A stretch of 64,000 nucleotides of DNA, from NCBI GenBank assembly GCA_965223415.1, contig OZ245002.1:4896001-4960000 (forward strand), read 5' to 3'. The stretch comes from Myxococcota bacterium. GTDB taxonomy: Bacteria > Myxococcota_A > UBA9160 > UBA6930. Shown piece after piece: positions 20,133 through 29,209 of this stretch. Each line of letters starts with the position of its first letter. Within the stretch, counting starts at the first letter, position 1. A model generated the notes under the pieces. That model was not told where the DNA came from. It did no database searches and saw nothing but the letters and a program-made list of their open reading frames with translations. Both the position numbers and the translations under genes were made by a program.

Positions 20133-21156
20133 ATGCGTCGAGATCGCGGGAGAGACGATTCGGCGCGGGGAACGTCGGCGAATCCAGATCCCGCTGGCGC
20201 TGCGGCCGACACAGGCCGAGGTCTCGATGTCCGCGGAGGTCATCTGCGGGGCCCGGGACGGGCCGCAGCTCTTCGTGTGCGCCGGCATTCATGGGGACGA
20301 GATCAACGGGGTCGAGATCATCCGGCGCGTGTTGCGCCGCTCGTTCCGGGGGCTTCGGGGGACGCTCCTGGCGGTTCCGATCGTGAACGTCCACGGATTC
20401 GTGGCCCACAGCCGAACCCTGCCCGACCGGAGGGATCTGAACCGCGCCTTCCCGGGCTCGCCCCGAGGATCGCTCGCGGCGCGGCTTGCGCACCAGTTCA
20501 TGGAGAACGTGGTCAAGGCTTCGACGCATGGCATCGATCTCCACACGGCGGCGATCCACCGGGAGAACCTCCCGCAGATCCGCGCCTGCCTCGACGACTC
20601 CGAGACCGAAGAGCTCGCGCGAGCGTTCGGTACGCCCGTTCTGCTCAACTCCGACCTGCGCGACGGGTCGCTCCGCGAGGCGGGACAGGAGCACGGGGTT
20701 CCGGTCCTCGTCTACGAGGGCGGCGAGGCGCTGCGATACAACGAGGCCGCCATCCGCGCCGGCGTGCGCGGGGTGCTTCGCGTGATGCGCCAGCTCAGGA
20801 TGCTCCCGGATGCGGGCGATCGGGGTCGTATCATCGAGCCGTTCGTCGCCCGCAGCAGTGCCTGGGTACGTGCGCCCGAAAGCGGGCTGCTGCGGGTCCG
20901 CGCCAAGCTCGGTGCTCGCGTCAAGAAGGGGTTCGTCCTCGGCGTCATCTCCGACCCGCTGGGCACGGAGGATACGACCGTCAGCGCGAGCCGCGCCGGA
21001 ATCGTGGTGGGCCGCACGCGTCTTCCCGTCGTGAACGAGGGCGATGCACTCTTCCATGTCGCGAGCTTTGACGCGGTGCAATCCGTGGCGCGGGAGGTCG
21101 AGTCCTTCCACGATGAGCTGTTTGATTCCGGCGTTTCGCCCCCCATGGCGGACTGA
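20125..21156 (+). CDS. Succinylglutamate desuccinylase/aspartoacylase family (M14-like)
   Basis: GIHGDEING, DLNRAFPG, IDLHT. Confidence 0.9.
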   Translation: MAECVEIAGETIRRGERRRIQIPLALRPTQAEVSMSAEVICGARDGPQLFVCAGIHGDEINGVEIIRRVLRRSFRGLRGTLLAVPIVNVHGFVAHSRTLPDRRDLNRAFPGSPRGSLAARLAHQFMENVVKASTHGIDLHTAAIHRENLPQIRACLDDSETEELARAFGTPVLLNSDLRDGSLREAGQEHGVPVLVYEGGEALRYNEAAIRAGVRGVLRVMRQLRMLPDAGDRGRIIEPFVARSSAWVRAPESGLLRVRAKLGARVKKGFVLGVISDPLGTEDTTVSASRAGIVVGRTRLPVVNEGDALFHVASFDAVQSVAREVESFHDELFDSGVSPPMAD

Positions 21157-21170
21157 GAAGGAGCAGATCG

Positions 21171-22361
21171 ATGCGCGGTTGGATCCTCGACGGCAAGCCC
21201 GTCCCGGACCCCTCACTCGAAGGCTACGAAGTTCGTCGGTTCCTGGAGGTCGGCGAGAGAGTCGGCATCGATGTCGACCTGGTCACGCCCGAGCAGCTCG
21301 ATCTCGTGGTGACGAGCAGTGGCCGCCCGAGCATCGCGCGGAACGGCAGATCCGTTCCGCTCCCCGACTTCCTGCTTCCGCGCATGGGTGCTTACACGAC
21401 CTACTTCGGGCTTGCCGTGATCCGGCACCTGGAACGCCTGGGAGTGCTGACGGTCAACTCGGCCGAGAGCATCGACACCGTGAAGGACAAGCTCTTCACC
21501 CACCAGATCCTCGCTCAGAACGAGCTGCCGATCGCGCGAACGATGCTCGCCAAACATCCGCTCGACGTCGCCTTCGTGGAGAAAGAGATCGGATTCCCGG
21601 TCGTCGTGAAGACGATCACCGGATCCCAGGGGGCCGGTGTCTTCCTTTGCGAGGATCGTCACCACTTCGAGGATCTGATGGAGCTCGTTCTCGCCGCGCG
21701 CAGCAACGCGAACCTGATCCTCCAGGAGTACGTGGCCTCGAGTCGAGGGCGCGATCTCCGCGTGTTCACGGTCGGCGGCCGCGCCGTGGCCGCGATGGAA
21801 CGTTCTTCGCAGGACGGCTCGTTCAAGGCGAATGTCTCGAGGGGCGGACGGGCCACCGCCTACTCGTTGGACGCCGAGAGCGAGTGGCTGGCGCTCGAAG
21901 TCACGCGCTTGCTGGGTCTCGACGTGGCGGGGATCGATCTGCTCTTCGACGGCGACCACTACCTCGTCTGCGAGGCGAACTCGTCGCCCGGTTTCCGCGG
22001 TCTCGAGTCGTGCTGCGCCGTCAGCATCCCGCACGAGATCCTGCGCTTTGCTGCGCTCCGCCTCGGTCGCCACGACGTCGCCGACCGGCTCGAGGTGGAT
22101 CTCGCGGAGTCGTTCGGCGACCCGCCGGTCGGCGTTGCGAGCACATGGTCCAACGCGCACTGTGCGGTGAGCGCTAGCGGCACCAGCGACGCAGAGCGCG
22201 CGCTCGCCGAGGTGGGCGCGGTCAAGGGCCAGGGTGGCTGCATGGCGATCGATGGGCGGGGTCGCATCACGACGGTCCTGAACAGCCCGCAGATGGTGCG
22301 AGCATCGCTCGTCGAGGGCGAGCCCATGCGTCTCGGGATCTGGACGGATGACGATGCGTGA
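21171..22361 (+). CDS. Second RimK-family ATP-grasp ligase with C-terminal extension
   Basis: LPRMG, GSQGAGV, FKANVSRGG, CEANSSPGF. Confidence 0.85.
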   Translation: MRGWILDGKPVPDPSLEGYEVRRFLEVGERVGIDVDLVTPEQLDLVVTSSGRPSIARNGRSVPLPDFLLPRMGAYTTYFGLAVIRHLERLGVLTVNSAESIDTVKDKLFTHQILAQNELPIARTMLAKHPLDVAFVEKEIGFPVVVKTITGSQGAGVFLCEDRHHFEDLMELVLAARSNANLILQEYVASSRGRDLRVFTVGGRAVAAMERSSQDGSFKANVSRGGRATAYSLDAESEWLALEVTRLLGLDVAGIDLLFDGDHYLVCEANSSPGFRGLESCCAVSIPHEILRFAALRLGRHDVADRLEVDLAESFGDPPVGVASTWSNAHCAVSASGTSDAERALAEVGAVKGQGGCMAIDGRGRITTVLNSPQMVRASLVEGEPMRLGIWTDDDA

Positions 22362-22765
22362 CCACGACCTGCCTGGGCTGCCGCCCGGACTCACCCGCCG
22401 AACCCGACTTGGAGGCCGCCGTGGAAATCGCAAGAACTGGTGAGATCGTCCACATCATCGAGCGGCGCCTGTTCGTCGGTGATGTCCGCCGCCACTTCGT
22501 CGGAGAGGTCGAGGCGTGCGCCGACCGTGCGCTTCGGGTTCGTGGTTATCTCTTCGTCTATGACTCCTCCGAGAGCGCGTTCACGAAGAAGCCCGAGCTC
22601 CGCACTCGAATCTTCCCGCTCGACAATCGGCTGATCCTGAGCCTTTTGCCGCAGGGGACACACCTGGAACAGGTCCGATACGACCACGACGACGAGGGCA
22701 ACCTGTCCCTGGTCGACGGAGCCGACCTCGAGCTCGACATCAGCGAGTTCAGCTCCCGGGAGTAA
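22358..22765 (+). CDS. Hypothetical protein
   Basis: GTGA overlap with the upstream gene; plausible coding composition. Confidence 0.65.
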   Translation: MTTTCLGCRPDSPAEPDLEAAVEIARTGEIVHIIERRLFVGDVRRHFVGEVEACADRALRVRGYLFVYDSSESAFTKKPELRTRIFPLDNRLILSLLPQGTHLEQVRYDHDDEGNLSLVDGADLELDISEFSSRE

Positions 22766-22847
22766 CGGCCGCTCCGGAACCCCTCAGGCCGCGCGGGGCG
22801 TCCGTTGCACGGAGGCCTTCACCCCGCGTGCATGGAAACGGGGCACC

Positions 22848-23140
22848 ACCCCCAGGTTCGAAGCCTGGTGCTCAACCTCGCTCCGCGCGGACACGAGCGC
22901 GCGTGTCGGCGAAGCTGGAACCCGCTTGGTTCCCGGATGTATCCCGCGCGCGTCGCGGCTCGACAACCGCTGCTCGCGCGTGGACTTACGCGCGAAGCGT
23001 GCGGGTTCCGAGAAACCCGAAAAGCTGAATGAAATCAGCTTGATGGCGGGGCGGACGGGACTCGAACCTACAACCTCCGGCTGTAACCTCCCGGAAACAC
23101 AGGGGTCCGAAGAGATGAAGCTTGTATCCCGTTGTATCCC
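22848..23140 (-). repeat. Junction repeat J2
   Basis: acccccaggttcgaagcctggtgctc (22848-73); tRNA-Asp-like half 23044-23086; ttgtatcccgttgtatccc 23122-23140. Confidence 0.85.
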
Positions 23141-23258
23141 GACTTCGCCGGATCGCCATCGGGATGCTTGGCCACCGGCCTTCCGCCAGGACCGAGCCCG
23201 TGCGGAGCCGTGTGGCGCGCGCCTTGCCGTCATGACTGAATCCAACTATCGTACGTAC

Positions 23259-23486
23259 ATGACGAAGAGGCTGACGCGCTCTGGAAACAGCCTGGCCCTC
23301 GTGATCGATCGGCCTCTCCTGGAAGCGCTGGAAATCGACGCGGACACGGAGCTGGAGCTCTCCACCGATGGAGACGTCCTAGTCGTGACCCCGCTGCGCG
23401 ACCCCAAGCGGAGGCGTCGGGTCGCCGAGCTCGTTGCCGAAGCCCACGAGCAGTACGGCGGCGTGTTCCGACGCCTCGCCGAGTGA
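23259..23486 (+). CDS. AbrB/MazE-type antitoxin
   Basis: MTKRLTRSGNSLALVIDRPLLEAL swapped-hairpin motif; overlaps the toxin gene. Confidence 0.9.
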   Translation: MTKRLTRSGNSLALVIDRPLLEALEIDADTELELSTDGDVLVVTPLRDPKRRRRVAELVAEAHEQYGGVFRRLAE

Positions 23487-23875
23487 CCGACCCGCTCTTC
23501 CTGACCCTCGACGAGGTTCTGGCGATCCACGCCGATCAGATCCGGCGCTACGGCGGGCGGACTGGGCTGCGAGACATCGGCTTGCTGCAATCGGCGTTGG
23601 GCATGCCCGAGGCCACCTTCGAGGGCGAGTTCCTTCACGGGACGGTCTTCGAAATGGCCGCCGCCTACCTGTTCCACATCGCCCGCAACCACCCGTTCGT
23701 GGACGGCAACAAGCGAACAGCACTCATGTGCGCACTGGTGTTCCTCGGACTGAGCGGTTGGCGACTCGAGGCGGAGTCGGAGGCGCTCTACGAGCTGGTC
23801 GACGGCGTTGCCGCGGGGTCGATCGACAAGGCCGGGGTCGCGGTCTTCCTGCGCCAGAACTCCGTCAGCCGCTAG
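23483..23875 (+). CDS. doc: Doc/Fic family toxin
   Basis: HPFVDGNKRTA Fic motif. Confidence 0.9.
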   Translation: MTDPLFLTLDEVLAIHADQIRRYGGRTGLRDIGLLQSALGMPEATFEGEFLHGTVFEMAAAYLFHIARNHPFVDGNKRTALMCALVFLGLSGWRLEAESEALYELVDGVAAGSIDKAGVAVFLRQNSVSR

Positions 23876-23917
23876 TCGGGCCCAGCGCACGGGTGATTCG
23901 CTTGCCCCAACGCAGGC

Positions 23918-24190
23918 GACTCGAACCCCCGACCCCCCGGTTCGAAGCCTGATGCTCAACCCCGTGCGGCGAGTCGCGTGGATGCAGGCGTCAGGAGTCC
24001 GAGATCAGGCGCTCGCCGCGACAACCAAACGCAACCAAAGGCCGGAACCAAGCACCGCCAGAATGCGAATTCCCCTGCGAATCCGGCTACTTCTGGCGGG
24101 GCGGACGGGACTCGAACCTACAACCTCCGGCTGTAACTCCGCGGAAACGCAGGGGTCCAGGGAGCTGAAGCTGGTATCCCGTTGTATCCC
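23918..24190 (-). repeat. Junction repeat J3 (most complete uninterrupted copy)
   Basis: gactcgaacccccgaccccccggttcgaagcctgatgctc; accaa repeats; tRNA-Asp-like half 24094-24136; gtatccc x2. Confidence 0.9.
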
Positions 24191-24241
24191 GACCTCCGAT
24201 CGCGCTCCGACATCTGATAGCCAATTGGCTATTATTCGAGC

Positions 24242-24568
24242 ATGTCGATCGCGAGCATCGTCCGCGAGGCCCGCCGCCGCGCGGGCCTCACCCAGGCCGC
24301 GTTGGCGGAGAAGGCGGGCGTTCCCAAGTCCACCGTCGGCCGGATCGAGTCTGGGGCGCGAACACCTTCGGTGGAGCTCGTGGAGCGACTCGTCGAGGCG
24401 GCTGGTCTGGAGGTCACGATTGCCCTGTCGGAACCCGATCCCGGCACCGACTCGATGTTCGAACGCACGCTGCGCCGCACCCCTGCAGAGCGGCTCGCCG
24501 ATGCGACGCGAGTCGCGCGCTTCGTCTTGCGCGGCAAGCGCCAGATCGCGGCCGCTTCCGATGGCTAG
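24242..24568 (+). CDS. XRE-family HTH protein (putative antitoxin)
   Basis: ARRRAGLTQAALAEKAGVPKSTVGRIESG. Confidence 0.9.
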   Translation: MSIASIVREARRRAGLTQAALAEKAGVPKSTVGRIESGARTPSVELVERLVEAAGLEVTIALSEPDPGTDSMFERTLRRTPAERLADATRVARFVLRGKRQIAAASDG

Positions 24569-25076
24569 CGCCGACTTCGACCCGGAGAGAATGCTCTCCG
24601 CTCTGGCCGCGGAAGGCGTGCAGTTCGTGCTGATCGGTGGGATGGGGGCCATCCTGCACGGCGACGTCGGCGTCACCGTCGATCTGGACGTGGTCCCCGA
24701 CCGCGACGCCGCGAACCTCCAACGTCTCGCGCGAGCTCTCCGGACACTTGGAGCGCGCATCCGAACCGAGGGCGAGCCGGAGGGACTGGCCTTCGACTGC
24801 TCGGCACAGTTCTTCGCCAACCTGTCACCCGACTCGATCGTGAACATGACCACGGAGGCGGGCGATCTGGACGTCACGTTCTGCCCGAGCGGAACCCAAG
24901 GCTTCAAGGACCTTCGGCGCGATGCGATCGAGATCGAAGCGGCGAAGCGCCTCCACATCCTGGTCGCATCACTCGGAGACATCATCCGCTCGAAGGAAGC
25001 CGCCGGCCGCGACAAGGACCGCCTCGCCCTTCCCCGCCTTCGCAGGCTGCTGGACCGCCTCGGCGAGAGCGAGTAG
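24561..25076 (+). CDS. Nucleotidyltransferase-fold protein (putative toxin)
   Basis: VLIGGMGAILHG..TVDLD (GG...DxD), KEAAGRDKD. Confidence 0.8.
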   Translation: MASADFDPERMLSALAAEGVQFVLIGGMGAILHGDVGVTVDLDVVPDRDAANLQRLARALRTLGARIRTEGEPEGLAFDCSAQFFANLSPDSIVNMTTEAGDLDVTFCPSGTQGFKDLRRDAIEIEAAKRLHILVASLGDIIRSKEAAGRDKDRLALPRLRRLLDRLGESE

Positions 25077-25104
25077 CCGCGACCTGGGACTCGAACCCCC
25101 AACC

Positions 25105-26566
25105 CTTGTATCTACTCCACTCACCCGGATCTGGTTCAATAGGGTCAGAACGGGTTTCGGGGGAGGGTCGCCGTCCCGACCCAGAGGCATGGTCCTCGTA
25201 CCTGAGAGAGGCGCCCTCGCCCGATCTCGCAAGCTCGAACGGTATCCCGAGGCAGCGGTCTGCCGCTCGTCCTCGCATGCACAAGGAAGAGCACCGAGGT
25301 CGGCACCGAGGCTCCCGACGCTCCCGTTCGAGGAGGAAGAAGGGGATGCGCTTCGTTGGGATCGACATCGCCTCGGAAACGCACGTCGTCGCGATGGTGG
25401 GAGAAGACGGGGGCGTGCTGCTGAAGCCGGTCTCGTTCCGGGAGGAGGCGGCTGGCTACGCACTGCTGTGGGAGAAGCTGGGAGGCCCCGAGGACACGCT
25501 CGTAACGCTCGAGGCAACGGGGCACTACTGGAAGAACCTGTTCGCGGCGCTTGCGGCGAGGGGTTTTGCCGTGGCGTTGATCAACCCGCTGCGCAGTCGC
25601 CGGTTCGCACAAGAAGACTTGGAGCGGACGAAGACCGACGCAATCGATGCGCTCGGCCTGGCTCGCTTCGGAGCACAGAAGCGTCCGAGGGTGACTCGCC
25701 TTCCGGACGCGGCGACAGAAGAGCTTCGTGAGCTCGTCCGGCTCCGCGATCGTCTGGTTCAGGACTTCGGGGACTGCACCCGGCGGCTCCACCGCATGGT
25801 CGATCTGGGCTTCCCAGAGCTCAAACGGTACGTGAAGCACCTCGATAGCCAGCTGTCGACGGGGCTGCTGCGGGAGTACCCCACGGCAAGAGCCTTCCAG
25901 GAAGCCTCTGTGGGGCGCGTGGCAAAGCTTCGCTACGACGGTCGTCATCGTGTAGGCGATGCGCTCGCGAAGCAGCTCGTCGAGGCTGCGCAGAACTCGG
26001 TGGGCGCCCATCATGGCCCGGCCTACCAGGTGCAGGTGCGTTACCTGTGCGAAGACATGGACGTCTTGCGCAAGAGACTCGGCGACATCGACCGCGACAT
26101 CGCGGATCAGCTATCCGCGCACGAGGTCGGAAGCTTGCTGACGACGATCGATGGGATCGGGCCGACGACGGCAGCACGGCTCATCGCGGAGCTCGGTGAC
26201 CCGGCCGACTTCGCCACGGCCGCAGCCCTCGCCGCCTACGTGGGCGTCGTTCCAGGCCTAAAGCAGTCGGGCAAGCGCCAAGGCAAACGCGGGAACCTCT
26301 CGCCAATCGGTCACGCGCGGCTACGTCGCGCACTGTGGATGCCGACGTTGGTCGCCGTTCGGAAGAACCCCTGGGTGCGGGCCCACTACGAGCGGCTGCG
26401 CGACAACGGCAAGCCCGCAAAGGTCGCGCTGATCGCCTCGACGAGGAAGCTGCTCATCGCGGTTCACGTCGTGGCGAGGACCCGCAAGCCCTTCGTTCCA
26501 CAGCTAGAGACCAACCCATGAACCGAGAAAACCGGGCCCAGCCCCTTGCTGAAGATCACGGTATCT
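25105..26566 (+). mobile_element. IS110-family element copy 2
   Basis: Same sequence as copy 1; CT cores at 25105-06 and 26565-66. Confidence 0.95.
25346..26521 (+). CDS. IS110 recombinase/transposase
   Basis: Protein identical to copy 1. Confidence 0.95.
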   Translation: MRFVGIDIASETHVVAMVGEDGGVLLKPVSFREEAAGYALLWEKLGGPEDTLVTLEATGHYWKNLFAALAARGFAVALINPLRSRRFAQEDLERTKTDAIDALGLARFGAQKRPRVTRLPDAATEELRELVRLRDRLVQDFGDCTRRLHRMVDLGFPELKRYVKHLDSQLSTGLLREYPTARAFQEASVGRVAKLRYDGRHRVGDALAKQLVEAAQNSVGAHHGPAYQVQVRYLCEDMDVLRKRLGDIDRDIADQLSAHEVGSLLTTIDGIGPTTAARLIAELGDPADFATAAALAAYVGVVPGLKQSGKRQGKRGNLSPIGHARLRRALWMPTLVAVRKNPWVRAHYERLRDNGKPAKVALIASTRKLLIAVHVVARTRKPFVPQLETNP

Positions 26567-26887
26567 CAGGTTCGAAGCCTGGTGCACAAGCCGGTTCAGA
26601 GAGGCTCGCGGATGCAGGCGTCAGGGGTCCGAGATCAGGCGCTCGCCGCGACAACCGAGCGCGACCAAAGAGCGGAACAAACCGCTGCCAGAGCGCGAAG
26701 CGAAAAGCTGAATGAAATCAGCTAGACGGCGGGGCGGACGGGCTCGAACGCGCGGAGCCCGGCGATAAGGGCCCGGAATCGTGAGGGTTTTCCTCGCCGG
26801 TGCTCAAGCTGTGCTCAAGGAAGCCTCGGAGGCCAGGCCGGCGGGATCGTGTTGTTGGAGTACGGTCCTGACGATATGGTTACCCGT

Positions 26888-27133
26888 ATGAAGACGACAG
26901 TCGAGATTCCGGATCCGCTGGCCGACGAAGCCAAGGCCGTCGCGCAGCGCGACAAGACCACGCTTCGCGAGCTCATCGAGACGGGACTTCGACTGGTGCT
27001 TCGAGAGCGACGGCGCAAGACCCGCTTTCGCCTTTGCGACGCCAGCTTCCGAGGACGCGGGCTTCAGCCGGAGTACCAGGACGAAGACTGGCAGCGGATT
27101 CGAAACGCTGCCTACAAGGGCCGCGGCGGTTGA
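26888..27133 (+). CDS. VapB-like RHH antitoxin (DUF2191-like)
   Basis: MKTTVEIPDPL..AKAVA..TTLRELIETGLR. Confidence 0.85.
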   Translation: MKTTVEIPDPLADEAKAVAQRDKTTLRELIETGLRLVLRERRRKTRFRLCDASFRGRGLQPEYQDEDWQRIRNAAYKGRGG

Positions 27134-27564
27134 TCGCCGTCGACACGAATCTCCTCGTCTACGCCCACCGCGCAGAATCCGATTGGCACGGTCGAGCTGC
27201 GGCATGCGTTCGCGAGCTCGCAGACGCGAGAGCGCCGTGGGCCATCCCGTGGCCATGCATCCACGAGTTCCTCGCCATCGCGACCCATCCCAGGATCTGG
27301 GACCCGCCCTCGCCCACGGAGGCGGCGCTCGACCAGGTCGAAGCCTGGATCGAATCGCCCGGGCTGGTCTTGCTCGCGGAGGGCGCGGATCACTGGAGCG
27401 AGCTTCGCGGCCTGGTCGAGGCCAGTCGCATCGTGGGGCCGCGGGTCCACGACGCGCGCATCGCAGCTCTTTGCCGCGCGCATGGCGTACGCGAACTATG
27501 GACAGCGGACCGCGACTTCAGCCGGTTCTCGAGCCTCGTCACGGTGAACCCGCTGACTCGCTAG
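27130..27564 (+). CDS. vapC: VapC/PIN-domain toxin
   Basis: IAVDTNLLVYA, HDARIAAL, TADRDF. Confidence 0.9.
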   Translation: MIAVDTNLLVYAHRAESDWHGRAAACVRELADARAPWAIPWPCIHEFLAIATHPRIWDPPSPTEAALDQVEAWIESPGLVLLAEGADHWSELRGLVEASRIVGPRVHDARIAALCRAHGVRELWTADRDFSRFSSLVTVNPLTR

Positions 27565-27589
27565 CCGGGGCATCGCACGCTGCAACAGG

Positions 27590-27796
27590 CGATCCCCAAC
27601 CCTCGGGGTTGGAGCCCAACCAGGCGCTCGTGGCGACAACCGAGCACGACCAAAGCGCGGAACCAAGCGCCGCCAGAACGCGAATTCCTCAGCGAATCCG
27701 GCGGCTCGTGGCGGGTCGGACGGGACTCGAACCTACAACCCCCGGCCGTAACCCCTCGGAAACGCAAGGGTTCGTAGGACTGCAGCTTGTATCCCG
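27590..27796 (-). repeat. Junction repeat J5 (degenerate Arg half, conserved spacer and Asp-like half)
   Basis: caggcgctc..acaaccgagcacgaccaaagcgcggaaccaag..; tggcgggtcggacgggactcgaacctacaacc 27709-51. Confidence 0.85.
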
Positions 27797-27840
27797 CCAT
27801 CGCCCCGCCCTCCCTGGGCCTTGCGCCCGGGCTTGGGCCA

Positions 27841-27882
27841 ATAACCCAAGAATAAGGTTATAAAACCTATTATTTGGGTTAT
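27841..27882. promoter_or_regulatory. AT-rich inverted repeat, likely promoter/operator of the downstream pair
   Basis: ATAACCCAA...TTGGGTTAT with inner AATAAGGTT/AACCTATT arms. Confidence 0.7.
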
Positions 27883-27914
27883 ACTTCACGCCGGAATCGA
27901 CGGGTGGACCCAGC

Positions 27915-28247
27915 ATGCTCGAAGGCATCTTCGGAAACGCCAGCGCGGAAAAGGTCCTCCTCTATCTGGAGCAGTACGAGGAAGGGTACGCGACGGCGAT
28001 GGCTCGAACTTTCGACGACCTCTCGCTGAACATGGCCCAGCGGCAGCTCGAGCGGTTCGAGCGGGCCGGTGCGCTTGTGAGCTCACTCCGAGGCCGAACC
28101 CGCCTCTACACATGGAATCCTCGCTACCCGTTTCGCCGGGAGCTGCGGGCCCTGCTTCGCAAGGCCCTCGACCAACTGCCCGCCTCCGAGCGGAAGCGCT
28201 ACTTCACCGAGCGCAGACGGCCGCGCCGTGCGGGCAAGCCACTGTGA
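27915..28247 (+). CDS. Winged-HTH protein (putative antitoxin/regulator)
   Basis: EKVLLYL..YATAMARTF..AQRQLERFERAG..GRTRLY. Confidence 0.8.
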   Translation: MLEGIFGNASAEKVLLYLEQYEEGYATAMARTFDDLSLNMAQRQLERFERAGALVSSLRGRTRLYTWNPRYPFRRELRALLRKALDQLPASERKRYFTERRRPRRAGKPL

Positions 28248-28795
28248 ACGCGCAGCATCGGATCGACGAGGACACCTCCCTCGAGGAGGTCGCCGCTCTC
28301 GTCTGCACGACCCTCGAGGCGCACGGCATCTCGGTCGTGCTCTCCGGCGGCGCCGTCGTCTCGATCTACTCCGACGCCGAATACGTCTCCTACGACCTGG
28401 ACTTCATCCCGATCGGACTCGCTCGGAAAGTCGATGGCGCCATGGAGTCACTCGGCTTCGAGAAGCGGCAGCGCCACTGGACGCATCACCGAAGCCGGTA
28501 CTGGGTCGAGTTCCCTCCCGGCCCCGTCGCCATCGGGGAAGAGACGATTCGCAGCTTTGCGGAACGCGAGACCCGGGCAGGGACCCTGCGCCTCCTCGCT
28601 CCGACCGAGTGCGTGATGGATCGGCTGGCCTGGTATTTCCATGACGCGGACACGCAGTGCCTCGAGCAGGCGGTTCGTGTTGCGACGCTCCAGCCGGTGG
28701 ACCTGAAGCGCATCGAACGGTGGGCGCGCGGCGAAGGGCCTCGTGGCGAGGAGCGATTTCGGGAGTTCGAGCGGAGGCTGCACGAGAAGAAATGA
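28244..28795 (+). CDS. Nucleotidyltransferase-fold protein (putative toxin)
   Basis: VLSGGAVVSIYS..SYDLDF; GTGA overlap with the wHTH gene. Confidence 0.75.
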   Translation: MNAQHRIDEDTSLEEVAALVCTTLEAHGISVVLSGGAVVSIYSDAEYVSYDLDFIPIGLARKVDGAMESLGFEKRQRHWTHHRSRYWVEFPPGPVAIGEETIRSFAERETRAGTLRLLAPTECVMDRLAWYFHDADTQCLEQAVRVATLQPVDLKRIERWARGEGPRGEERFREFERRLHEKK

Positions 28796-28816
28796 CGCGG
28801 ACTTGCGCGTCGTCGC

Positions 28817-29047
28817 GGTGCAGGGGGGTGCAATAGGGTGCAGGGAGGTGTCGTTTCGACGGCACCGAACCGCGGGACGGCACCATACAGAGCGCGAACG
28901 GGTAGGTTCCGGACCTGCCCGAGCGGGATTCGAACCCCCGACCCCCAGGTTCGAAGCCTGAACGGACCCGTAGGAAATCCAAATGGTTGCGCGATTCCGA
29001 GCGGGAATGAACGGGAATACGCGGGAATACGGGCACAAAATGGTCAC
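28817..29047 (-). repeat. Junction repeat J6 (GGTG x4, tRNA-Arg(UCG) half, GGGAAT x3)
   Basis: gggattcgaacccccgacccccaggttcgaagcctg 28925-60; flanking repeats phased at 10 bp. Confidence 0.85.
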
Positions 29048-29209
29048 GCGAGAGAGAGCGTTCCGGGACCTTACTCGATGACCCTTTTGCGCGGCGACTC
29101 GGCGTGAGTCACGCCTCGGAGCGAGAGTCCTGGCCGATGATTCACGGGTGCCGCACGGCGAAGAAGGCGAGGCCCGGCCGAGCAGTAAGTAAGGCGTTGG
29201 TACGGTCCC

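Larger units (their letters stand above)
25086..26820 (-). repeat. Junction repeat J4 (IS110-interrupted; variant right arm with GTGCTCAAG x2)
   Basis: gggactcgaacccccaaccct|IS|caggttcgaagcctggtgc; cggcggggcggacgggctcgaac 26727-49. Confidence 0.85.
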
